Source: an uncultured Thermoleophilia bacterium (GTDB lineage: Bacteria > Actinomycetota > Thermoleophilia > Gaiellales > Gaiellaceae). From it: a DNA stretch of 64,000 bases. Each line of letters opens with the position of its first letter. The first letter of the stretch is position 1. The position numbers were made by a program, and so were the translations under genes. Below, in pieces: positions 50,554 to 59,288 of the stretch. The notes below the pieces were generated by a model that was not told the DNA's origin, did no database searches, and was given only the letters and a program-made list of their open reading frames with translations. Location of the stretch: positions 48,900 through 112,899 of the forward strand of contig CAVTFO010000008.1 in NCBI GenBank assembly GCA_963733995.1, in the 5' to 3' direction.

Positions 50554-53218
50554 ATGGAGGCCGCCGCCGGCGCCCTCGCCGCCGCCCACGCCAGTCGGCT
50601 CTTCGGCGATCTCGACGAGGAGCAGGCTCGGGCGCTCGCGAGCCTGCTGCGGCCCTTCTCCGCCGCCGGGATGGAGACGCTGTTCCGCGCCGGCGCCCCG
50701 GTCGAGCGGCTCCTGGTGCTCGGCTCCGGCTCGGCCGGCGTCGGCGAGCCGGTCGCTGACGGTCGTCCGCGCGGGCGAGACCCTGGGCGAGCTCGCGCTG
50801 AACGGCCCGACGACCCATTCGGCGACGGCCACCGCGCTCGAGCCGACGGAAGGCTTCTTCCTCGAGATCCGCGACTTCGAGCTGCTCCGCTCCGACGGCG
50901 ACCCGCTCGCCGTCGCCGTCCTCCGCCGGCTGGCGCGCCTCCTCGCGGCCCGAGTCCGCGCGGCCGGCGACGGCATCCGCCCCGCAGCGGTGCGATCCGG
51001 CCCGCAGGGGACGCCCGGCGCGCCCGCGCTCGACGAGCTCCCGTTCCTCCGCACGCTCGCCGCCTTCCGCGGCTTCGACGAGCAGGAGCTGGACGAGCTC
51101 GTCCGCTCGGCCCGCACGTGGCGGCTCGACGCCGGCGCAACGGTCTTCGCCGAGGGCGCGACCGCCCACTCGGCGTTCGTCGTCCTCCGCGGCGCGGTCG
51201 AGGTCACGCGCGAGCGCGGCGACCGCCGCCTCCGCCTCGCCACCGTCGGCCCGGGCCGCATGCTCGGCGAGCTGTCGCTCGTCGACGGCGGGCCGCGGAC
51301 GGCGACCTGCGTCGCGCTCGAGCCGACGGTCGTGCTCGAGCTCGACGGGGACGTCGTCGGCGACCGGCTCGACGGCCGCTCGCAGGGCGGGCTCGCGCTG
51401 CTGCAGGCGGTGAACCGGGCGCTGATCGCGGCGCTGCACGCGACCGACGCGCGCCGCGTCCGCATCGGCGCCGACTGGCCGCGGCCCGCCGACGAGGTCG
51501 CCGACCCGACCCGGGAGCGCCTGATCGAGCGGATCCGCGCCTCGGTGATCGGCGAGGACGCGGTGCTCGACGGCCCGTTCGGCCCGCGGCGCCTCGTGTA
51601 CGCCGACTACACCGCGTCCGGCCGCGCGCTCACGTTCGTCGAGGACTTCATCCGCGACGAGGTGCTGCCGCTGTACGCGAACACGCACACGGAGTCGTCC
51701 GCGACCGGCCTGCAGACGACGCGGCTGCGCGAGGACGCGCGGCGCATCGTCCACCACGCGGTCGGCGGCTCGGACGAGGACGTCGTCCTCTTCTGCGGCT
51801 CGGGCGCGACGGGCGCGATCGACAAGCTCGTGCAGGTGCTCGGCCTGCGCATCCCGTCGGCGCTCGAGGACGAGCTCGCGCTCGGGCGCGCGATCCCCGA
51901 GGAGCGGCGGCCGGTCGTCTTCGTCGGCCCGTACGAGCACCACTCGAACGAGCTTCCGTGGCGCGAGTCGATCGCCGACGTGGTCACGATCCGCGAGGAC
52001 GTCGACGGACGCGTCGACCTCGACCACCTCGAGGAGGAGCTGCGCCGCTACGCCGACCGCCCCGTGCGGATCGGGAGCTTCTCCGCGGCATCGAACGTGA
52101 CCGGGATCATCACCGACGTCGAGCAGGTGGCGATCCTGCTCCACCGGCACGGCGCGCTGTCCTGCTGGGACTACGCCTCGGCCGGGCCGTACCTCCCGAT
52201 CGAGATGAACTCCGTGCCCGATGTGCCGGACGGCCACCTGGCCTACAAGGACGCCGTCTTCCTGTCGCCGCACAAGTTCGTCGGCGGCCCCGGCACGCCC
52301 GGCATCCTCGTCGCGAAGCGCGCGTTCTTCGGCAACCGCGTGCCGGCCGTGCCCGCCGGCGGGACGATCACCTTCGTCAGCGCGCACGGCCACTCGTACC
52401 ACCCGGACCCGGAGATCCGTGAGGACGGCGGCACGCCCGCGATCGTCGACTCGATCCGCGCCGGGCTCGTGTTCGCGCTCAAGGAGGCGGTGGGAACGGA
52501 CGAGATCCGGCGGCGCGAGGACGACTTCGTCCGCCGCGCTCTCGACTCCTGGGGCGGGAACCCGAACCTCAGGATCCTCGGCAACCCGGAGCTCGACCGG
52601 CTCGCGATCGTCTCGCTCGGCGTCCGGCACCGCGGTCGCCTGCTGCACTCGCACTTCGTCGCCGCCGTCCTCAACGACCTGTTCGGGATCCAGGCGCGCG
52701 CCGGCTGCTTCTGCGCCGGCCCCTACATCCACCGGATGTACCCGATCGAAGACGCCTGGTCGGAAGACATGAACGCCGAGGTCTCGCTCGGCCACCTGGG
52801 CGCGAAGCTCTCGTTCGTCCGGCTCAACGTCAACTACTTCACGAGCGAGCCGGTCTTCGACTACCTGCTCGAGGCCGTCCACCTCGTCGCCGACCACGGC
52901 TGGAAGCTCCTGCCGCTGTACCGCTTCGACCCGTACTCCGGGCAGTGGCACCACGAGAGCGGGCGGCCGCGGCCGCCGCTGACGCTCCACGACGTCTCGT
53001 TCGCGTCCGGCGCGCTCGAGTTCCACGGCCCGCGCGCGACCGAGCCCGAGAGCGCGCTCGTCGGCTACCTCGACGAGGCCCGGCGCCTCTTCGCCGAGCT
53101 CGAGGCGAGCCCGCCGGACGAGCAGGTGCGCGACCCGACGCTGACGCCGGCGTTCGAGCGGATCCGCTGGTTCCCGCTGCCGGGCGAGGCGCTCGACGCG
53201 CTCCGCGAGCAGGCCTAG
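50554..53218 (+). CDS. fusion protein: two cyclic-nucleotide-binding (CAP_ED) domains + class-V aminotransferase/cysteine-desulfurase-fold PLP enzyme (needs 1 frame correction)
   Basis: ATG 50554 (ORF 50518 frame: LFGDLDEEQARALASLL). Break near 50745. Then ORF 49694..53218: GETLGELALNG...; second CAP_ED FLRTLAAFRGFDEQEL...GRMLGELSLVDGGPRTATCVA. Then YADYTASGRALTFVEDFIRDEVLPLYANTHTESSATG, FCGSGATGAIDKL, FLSPHKFVGGPGTPG, GIQARAGCFCAGPY. Confidence 0.75.
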
Positions 53219-53830
53219 GCGGGTGTCTCGAGCGGGCTGCGGCGCCGCGTCGAGCAGGCGCTCGAGCAGCTCGCGGTCGCCCTCGACCGTGACGGCGGCG
53301 GCCGTCCGGTCGACGAACAGCGTGTAGACGCCGATCGGATCGCCCTCGATCACGACGTCCGGGTCGACGGTCGGGCCCGGGCCGGCCTCCCCGTCCACCA
53401 GCGATGCGACCTCGTCGCCGACCCGGAACTCGAAGCTCCCGGGCGGCGCGACCGGCGCGAGCACGGTGTCGACGGCGTTCGCGAGCCAGCCGGGGAAGAG
53501 CGCATCGTCGTCGGTGGGCGGCCCGAGCGAGCGGGCGCCCCAGAGCGCCAGCTCGCGGACGGCGGGCTTCAGCGCGCGCCCGTACTCGGTCAGCTCGTAC
53601 ACGCGCGAGGCCGCGGGCGGCGGCAGGACACGCTTGGTCACGACGCCGCCGGCCTCGAGCTCCCGCAGCCGCGAGGCGAGGATGTTCGTCCCGATCCCGG
53701 GAAGCGCGTCGGCCAGGTCGGTGTATCGCTTCGGCCCGTGCATGAGCTCGAGCACGACCAGGAGCGACCAGCGCTCGCCCACGAGCCCGAGGGCGTGCGC
53801 GACCGGGCAGTACTGGTCGTAGCGCTTCAC
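53215..53830 (-). CDS. HxlR-type winged-helix regulator with C-terminal SCP2-like extension (3' end needs frame correction)
   Basis: GTG 53830 in ORF 49058..53923(-). Reads VKRYDQYCPVAHALGLVGERWSLLVVLELMHGPKRYTDLADALPGIGTNILASRLRELEAGGVV, then about 100 aa ([13 protein letters not shown]...VTVEGDRELLERLL). The frame has no stop at the gene end. A TAG at 53215-53217 (complement) lies in another frame. Confidence 0.72.
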
Positions 53831-53851
53831 GAGAGGGAGTGTAGCGCACCC

Positions 53852-53896
53852 ACTTGCTGGTAGAAAGAGCCCCCTTGCGATCAGCAAGTAATTACT
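53852..53896. promoter_or_regulatory. nested inverted repeats (candidate HxlR operator) in the AT-rich divergent intergenic region
   Basis: ACTTGCTG (53852-53859) and CAGCAAGT (53882-53889) are inverted. CTTGC (53874-53878) also pairs with GCAAG (53884-53888). A perfect 10-bp palindrome AGTAATTACT sits at 53887-53896. The site lies between the HxlR start (53830) and the MFS start (53943). Confidence 0.35.
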
Positions 53897-53942
53897 GCTA
53901 GGTTCGAAGTCTTCTCTGAGCAAGCGAAAGGATTACGACCCG

Positions 53943-55383
53943 ATGGTGACTTCCGAACGACGCAAGTGGCTGGCGCTGGCGCTTCTCGCCGCGGTCCAGT
54001 TCATGGTCGTCCTGGACATCGCGATCGTGAACGTCGCGCTCCCGTCGATCCAGGTCGACCTCGGGTTCTCGCAGGAGAACCTCCAGTGGGTGATCAGCGC
54101 CTACGCGCTCGTCTTCGGCGGCTTCCTGCTGCTGGGCGGGCGGGCCGCCGACCTCCTCGGCCGGCGGCGGATCTTCCTCGTCGGGGTGATCGTGTTCACG
54201 GTCTCCTCGCTCCTCGCGGGCCTGGCCTGGTCGGAGACGTCGCTGATCGCGGCGCGCTCGTTCCAGGGGCTCGGCGCGGCGATCATCACGCCGGCCGCGC
54301 TCTCGATCCTGATGGTCACGTTCGTCGAGGGGCGCGAGCGGAACATCGCGCTCGGCGTCTGGGGCGCGGTCGGGGCCTTCGGCGCCGTCGCGGGCGTCCT
54401 CCTCGGCGGGGTGCTGACCGATCTCCTGAGCTGGGAGTGGATCTTCTTCGTGAACGTCCCGGTCGGCGTGGCCGGATTCATCCTGGCCCCGCTCCTCCTC
54501 ACCGAGAGCCGCGACGCCCGCGTCAGCTCGTACGACGTCCCGGGCGCCGTGCTCGTGACCGGCGGCCTCTCGCTGCTCGTCTACGCGATGACGGAGGCGG
54601 GCCGCGACGGCTGGCTCGCCGGCTCGACGATCGCCCTGTTCGCGGTCGCGGCCGCGATGCTCGCCGGCTTCGTCGGGTGGGAGCTCCGGCACCCCGAGCC
54701 GCTCATGCGCTTCGGGATCCTCAGGGTCCGGACCGTGACCGGCGCGAACGTCGCCGGCGTCATCCTCGGCACGGCGAGCGTTCTCGATGTTCCTGATGCT
54801 CACGCTGTACATGCAGCAGGTGCTCGGGTTCTCGCCGATGCGGACGGGCCTGGCATACCTCGCGGTTGCGGGCACGGCGATCATCTGGTCGACGGTGGCG
54901 GCCCAGCTCGTCACGCGGATCGGCGTGAAGCCGGTGCTCGTCACCGGGATGACGGCCCTCACGGCGGGGCTCGTGTTCTTCACGCAGGTCTCCGTCGGAG
55001 GCTCGTACGTCGAGGACCTCCTGCCCGGGTTCCTCCTGATCGGCCTCGGGCTCGGGTTCTCGTTCGTGCCGATCTCGATCGCCGCGCTGGCGGGCATCCA
55101 GCCGGCGGAGGCGGGGCTCGCCTCGGGCCTGCTGAACACGTCGCAGCAGATCGGCGGCGCGCTGGGCATCGCGGCGCTGTCGACGATCGCGACGTCGCAG
55201 ACCTCCGACGCCGTCTCGGCCGGCACGGCGACGCCGACCGCGCTGGTCGACGGGTTCACCGCCGCCTTCCTCGCCGGGGCGATCATCGCCGCCGTCGGGA
55301 TCGGCGCGGCGCTGACGCTCATCCGTCGGGACGAGCTCGAGACCGTGCCGGCCGCCGAGCCGGTGCTCGACGCCGCGGCCTAG
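53943..55383 (+). CDS. MFS transporter, DHA2 family (needs 1 frame correction)
   Basis: ORF 53943..55466 reads FMVVLDIAIVNVALPSIQVDLGF, GGRAADLLGRRRIF, WEWIFFVNVPVG. Break near 54780. Then ORF 54787..55383: LTLYMQQVLGFSP, LNTSQQIGGALG. Confidence 0.88.
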
Positions 55384-55393
55384 CGACACCGAT

Positions 55394-55424
55394 GCGTGGG
55401 GGGCCGGGCCGCCGGCCCCCACGC
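55394..55424. terminator. GC-rich hairpin between the convergent MFS and tail-tube-like genes
   Basis: GCGTGGGGGGCCGG (55394-55407) pairs with CCGGCCCCCACGC (55412-55424), a 13-14 bp stem that differs by one G in a G-run. It sits between the stop codons at 55383 (+) and 55432 (-). Confidence 0.55.
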
Positions 55425-55431
55425 CGCACCA

Positions 55432-55872
55432 TCACTGGATCTCGAAGCCCTCGTGGCAGAGGGTGATCCCTTCGATCGCGACCTCGTTCGAGTCCGACTT
55501 CAGCGCGCCGATCTCGAGCTTCGACGGCCACGCGTTCTCGAGGTGGTAGCGGGCGACGGGCCTGTCCGGCGGTGTCGTACATCACGATGGTGGCGTCCTT
55601 CGGCTGGCGGCGATCTGCCCCATCGAGGACGGCTCTCGTGCCACGCCAAGAGCGCCTTGCTCGTCGTGGTCGAGCCGCGCCGGAGCACGAGCTTGCCGGG
55701 CGCGACCTCGGCGAACTGTGAGAACGACGCGATCTCGTAGCCGTCGATCGTGAGCGAGAAGCGCGCCGGCTCCGAGTGCCGGCGAAGCGGCGCGTGCGTC
55801 CGCGGCGAGCGCCGCCGCCAGCGTCGCCGCGAGCGCCGCGATCAGCGCGATGGATGACGTCCTGGCGAGCAT
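55432..55872 (-). CDS. phage tail-tube-like protein (T4 gp19 / TIGR02241-like) with N-terminal signal peptide (needs 3 frame corrections)
   Basis: ATG 55872 opens MLARTSSIALIAALAATLAAALAADA (ORF 55582..56271 frame). Then FSLTIDGYEIASFSQFAEVAPGKLVLRRGSTTTSKALLAWHE (ORF 55500..55688 frame). Then AVLDGADRRQPKDATIVMYDTAGQ (ORF 55319 frame). Then VARYHLENAWPSKLEIGALKSDSNEVAIEGITLCHEGFEIQ-stop (TGA 55432-55434, complement). Confidence 0.6.
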
Positions 55873-55983
55873 CGGAAACCTCCCGTGAGCGAACCCATGC
55901 TCTCGCGACGGCGCGCGGCCGGACTTTCTTCCTGCGTGCGGTCGACCCGCGGCGGTCGCGTCGCGCACGGTTAGGATCCGCCC

Positions 55984-56413
55984 GTGGCCGGACCGAGCCC
56001 TCGAACTCCTTCGCGGTGTCCCGCTCTTCGCGCAGGCCGACGACGCCTTTCTCGAGCGCCTCGCCGGCGAGTTCATGGCGCGGACGTACGCCCCGGGCGA
56101 GACGATCGCCGAGGAGGGCGAAGCGGGTCGGACGTTCGTCGTCATCGAGTCGGGGTCGGTGACGGTCACCGTCCACGGAGCGGAGGTCGGGCACCTCGGG
56201 CCCGGCGACGCCTTCGGCGAGATGGCGCTGATCGACAAGTCCGCGCGCAGTGCGACCGTGACGGCGGACACCGAGGTGCGCGGCTACCAGCTGCCCGTGT
56301 GGAGCTTCCGCCCGCTCCTCGAGGGCCATCCCGAGGTCGCGTGGGCCTTCCTCGAGGCACTGGCCCAGCGCGTCCGCGAAGTCGAAGCACGCAGCGCCCC
56401 GGCCGAGTCCTAG
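55984..56413 (+). CDS. stand-alone cyclic-nucleotide-binding (CAP_ED) domain protein (probably 1 frame correction near the start)
   Basis: ORF 56075..56413 reads YAPGETIAEEGEAGRTFVVIESGSVTV...GPGDAFGEMALIDKSARSATVTA, the canonical FGE-AL...RSA. The same frame reads upstream as LELLRGVPLFAQADDAFLERLAGEF. GTG 55984 becomes in-frame if one C of the CCC run at about 55998 is removed. Confidence 0.75.
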
Positions 56414-56428
56414 CTGCCCGCCGGCCCG

Positions 56429-56913
56429 CTAGCCCTCGGAGCTCCCGCGCGCCAGCGCCGCTCGCACGCGCTGCGTAGCTCTCCGCCGGCCACAGCGCCT
56501 TCGTGTCGTAGTAGGCCTCGAACGACGGCACCGAGTCGGGAAGCCGCACCCAGGGCAGCTTCGAGCGGGTGTAGATGTGGACGTCCGGCTCGACCGAGTC
56601 GGGCTCGTCCAGCGTCCCGGCGCGCACGAACAGCACCTCGGGGCGGCCGTACTCGCTGAAGACCGCGACCTGGCAGTCGGGGCAGCGATGGATTCGCTGG
56701 GCGCTGCCGTCGTCCCGCGGCACCTCGACGGGCCGCGGGGCGCCGGCGGTGACCTCCACCCGGTCGGCCTCGATGAGCACGTTGATCACGAACGCGCTGC
56801 CCGGTCTGCCGCTGGCAGTTGCGGCAGTGGCAGCAATGGACGAAGAGCGGCTCGGACATCAGCCGGTAGCGAACCGCGCCGCAGGCGCAGCCACCCTCAC
56901 GTGGGTCGCTCAC
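56429..56913 (-). CDS. GFA-family (glutathione-dependent formaldehyde-activating / CENP-V-like) zinc protein (needs 2 frame corrections)
   Basis: GTG 56913 in ORF 56410..57048(-): GGCACGAVRYRLMSEPLFVHCCHCRNCQRQTG. Break near 56800. Then ORF 56166..56789: IHRCPDCQVAVFSEYG...FVRAGTLDEP. The choice of 3' frame is uncertain (stop at 56410 or 56429). Confidence 0.72.
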
Positions 56914-57001
56914 GAACGTGGACCGTAGCGAGGTCTCGTCGAACGCGTGCTCGTCGGAGGGCGTTCGTCGACGCGAGGTAGGGTGCCGCCGCGAGAGGCG
57001 A

Positions 57002-57343
57002 ATGACCGAAGACGCGACCCGCCGCACCTGGCTCGCGAACGAGCGCACCTACCTCGCCTGGTGGCGGACGGGACTGGCGTCGCTCGCGGTCGGGGTGGCG
57101 GCCGGGCGGCTCGTTCCCGAGCTGACCGGGGACACGGCGTGGCCGTACGAGCTCCTCGGCACCGGCTACGCGGTGGTCGGGCTCGGCTTCATCGCCTACG
57201 GCCACCGGCGGCGCATCCACGTCGAGCGCGCGCTCGCCCGTGGCGAGTGGGCGCCCGTGCCCGAGCGCGTCATGCTCGCGCTCACCGTGGCCGGCGTCGT
57301 CCTGGCGCTCGCGACGATCGTCGTCGTCGCGGTCGGCGGCTAG
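57002..57343 (+). CDS. DUF202 (YidH-like) membrane protein
   Basis: ATG 57002 within ORF 56918..57343. Reads MTEDATRRTWLANERTYLAWWRTGLASLAVGVA (the LANERT.LAW.RT signature), with three TM segments. Confidence 0.7.
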   Translation: MTEDATRRTWLANERTYLAWWRTGLASLAVGVAAGRLVPELTGDTAWPYELLGTGYAVVGLGFIAYGHRRRIHVERALARGEWAPVPERVMLALTVAGVVLALATIVVVAVGG

Positions 57344-58287
57344 TCGGCGCGGACGACACAGCGGAACCCGAGGTGCGCCGTGGACGAGTCGATCGCCTGC
57401 GCCTGACGCGCCGCAGGCCGGTAGCGGAGGCAGTAGTTCGGCGCGCAAAGGTGCGAGCCGCCCTTGATCACACGGCGCGGGATCGCCTCCTCGCCCTCGG
57501 GCGCCGTCACGCGCGGGTTGCGCGGGACACAACAAGGGCTCTCGACCTCGTCGGGGTGTCGCGGCGTGAACCAGTCGGACGTCCACTCCCAGACGTTCCC
57601 GGTCATGTCGAAGAGGCCGTAGCCGTTCGGCGGGAAGCTGCCGACCGGCGACGTGCCCGCGAAGCCGTCGAGATTGAGGTTCTGCCAGGGGAACTCGCCC
57701 TGCCACGAGTTCGCCATCGCCTGCCCCTCCGGAAAGTGCTCGTCGCCCCAGGCAAAGACGGCGCCCTCGAGCCCGCCGCGCGCCGCGTACTCCCACTCGG
57801 CCTCGGTCGGGAGCTCCTTGCCGGCCCATGCGGCGTAGGCCTCGGCGTCCTCGGCGACAACCTGGACGACCGGATGGTGGTCGCGACCGTTGATCGTGGT
57901 GCCCTTGCCGCCGGGCCGTCGCCAGGATGCGCCCGGCACGTACTCCCACCAGTTGCGATGGTCCGAGAGGTCGACCGGGCCCGCTGACGGGCGAAAGACC
58001 AGTGACCCCGGCACCAGCAGCTCGGGATCCGCGTCCGGGTACTGATCCGGGTCGAGCGGCCGCTCGGCCACCGTGACGTACTTCGTCTCGCGGACGAAGC
58101 GGCGGAACTCGGCCGCGGTCACCGGACGCTCGTCGATCCAGAAGCCGTCCACGACGACGCGGTGCACGGGACGCTCCTCCGGGTAGAAGTCCTCGGAGCC
58201 CATCGCGAACTCGCCGTCGGGGATCCACGTCATCCCCACGGCGGGCGCCGTGCCTCCGGGGAGATCGGTGCGGTTCGCGGCGGCCAT
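57340..58287 (-). CDS. formylglycine-generating enzyme family protein (SUMF1/FGE)
   Basis: Intact 315-aa ORF. Reads MTWIPDGEFAMGS, RPVTAAEFRRFV, LPTEAEWEYAARGG, NGYGLFDMTGNVWEWTSDW, RVIKGGSHLCAPNYCLRYRPAAR. Confidence 0.88.
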   Translation of the reverse strand: MAAANRTDLPGGTAPAVGMTWIPDGEFAMGSEDFYPEERPVHRVVVDGFWIDERPVTAAEFRRFVRETKYVTVAERPLDPDQYPDADPELLVPGSLVFRPSAGPVDLSDHRNWWEYVPGASWRRPGGKGTTINGRDHHPVVQVVAEDAEAYAAWAGKELPTEAEWEYAARGGLEGAVFAWGDEHFPEGQAMANSWQGEFPWQNLNLDGFAGTSPVGSFPPNGYGLFDMTGNVWEWTSDWFTPRHPDEVESPCCVPRNPRVTAPEGEEAIPRRVIKGGSHLCAPNYCLRYRPAARQAQAIDSSTAHLGFRCVVRAD

Positions 58288-58315
58288 CTCTCGGGATGAT
58301 TGCTTGCGGTCGGCG

Positions 58316-59279
58316 CTAGTCGCTCACGCGCAGCACGACGTTGCCCGTCTTCTGCCCCGACTCCACGTACCGCGCGGCCTCGACGATCTCGTCCAACGCG
58401 TACGTCCGGTCGATCACGGGGCGGTAGTCCCCGGCGTCGACGAGGCCGCCGACGAGGGCGAGATCCTCCTTCCGGTAGCGGCCGATGGCGAGCTTCGCGC
58501 GCCTGCTCCCGACGACCCGGGTGACGAGGGAGAGCAGCGGCACGTGGTAGAGGAAGCCGAGGTCGACCGTGGCGTAGATGCCACCGGGCTTCAGCGCGCG
58601 CCGGACGCGGCGGAACGACTGCTTGCCGACTGCATCGAAGATCACGTCGTACGTCTCGCCCCGCGTCGCGAAGTCCTCGGCGAGACGGTCGATCACCTCC
58701 CCCGCGCCGAGCGACCGCACGAGCTCGACGTCCTTCGTGTCGCACACGGCCGGTCACCGCTGCCCCGAAGTGGCGCGCGAGGAGCTGGACCGCGGCCGTG
58801 CCGATCGAGCCGGCTGCGCCGTAGACGAGGACGCGCTTCCCCTGCAGCGGCGCGAGCGGCCGCAGGCACGTGAGCGCGAGCAGCGACCCGTCGGGCACGG
58901 CGGCCGCCTCCTCGAACGTCAGCGCGGCCGGCTTCGGCGCGATCACGGCGCTCTCGCGGACGGTCACGTACTCCGCGTTCGCGCCCGACTCGGCGCCGAA
59001 CACCTCGTCGCCGACGCGGAACTCGGTCACCTCCGGGCCGACCTCCTCCACGCGGCCGGCGAACTCGGTGCCCGCGCTCGTCTTGCGCGGACGGCGGATG
59101 CCCGTGGCGAGGCGGGCGAAGGCGTACTCGACGCTGCGCATCCGCATGACGTCGGTGCGCGTCACGGTCGCCGCGTGAACCCGGACAAGCACCTCGTCCT
59201 CGCTCGGCACGGGCCGCTCGACCTCGTCGACGCGCAGCACCTCCGGCGGCCCGTACCGGTCGTGGACGACCGCTCTCAT
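58316..59279 (-). CDS. zinc-type / MDR NAD(P)-dependent dehydrogenase (needs 1 frame correction)
   Basis: ORF 58230..59279 reads [37 protein letters not shown]...[18 protein letters not shown]. Break near 58750. Then ORF 58316..58747: DVIFDAVGK...[10 protein letters not shown]. Confidence 0.8.
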
Positions 59280-59288
59280 GCCGGCTAT

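Noticed and set aside
49058-53923. A 1621-aa ORF on the (-) strand, the longest in the track.
   Set aside because: Only its two ends are credible: the PLP decarboxylase at 49058..50482 and the HxlR regulator at about 53215..53830. The middle is antisense to the well-supported cNMP/class-V gene on the (+) strand and is R/A/G/P-rich low-complexity. Stop-free antisense frames like this are typical in very GC-rich DNA.
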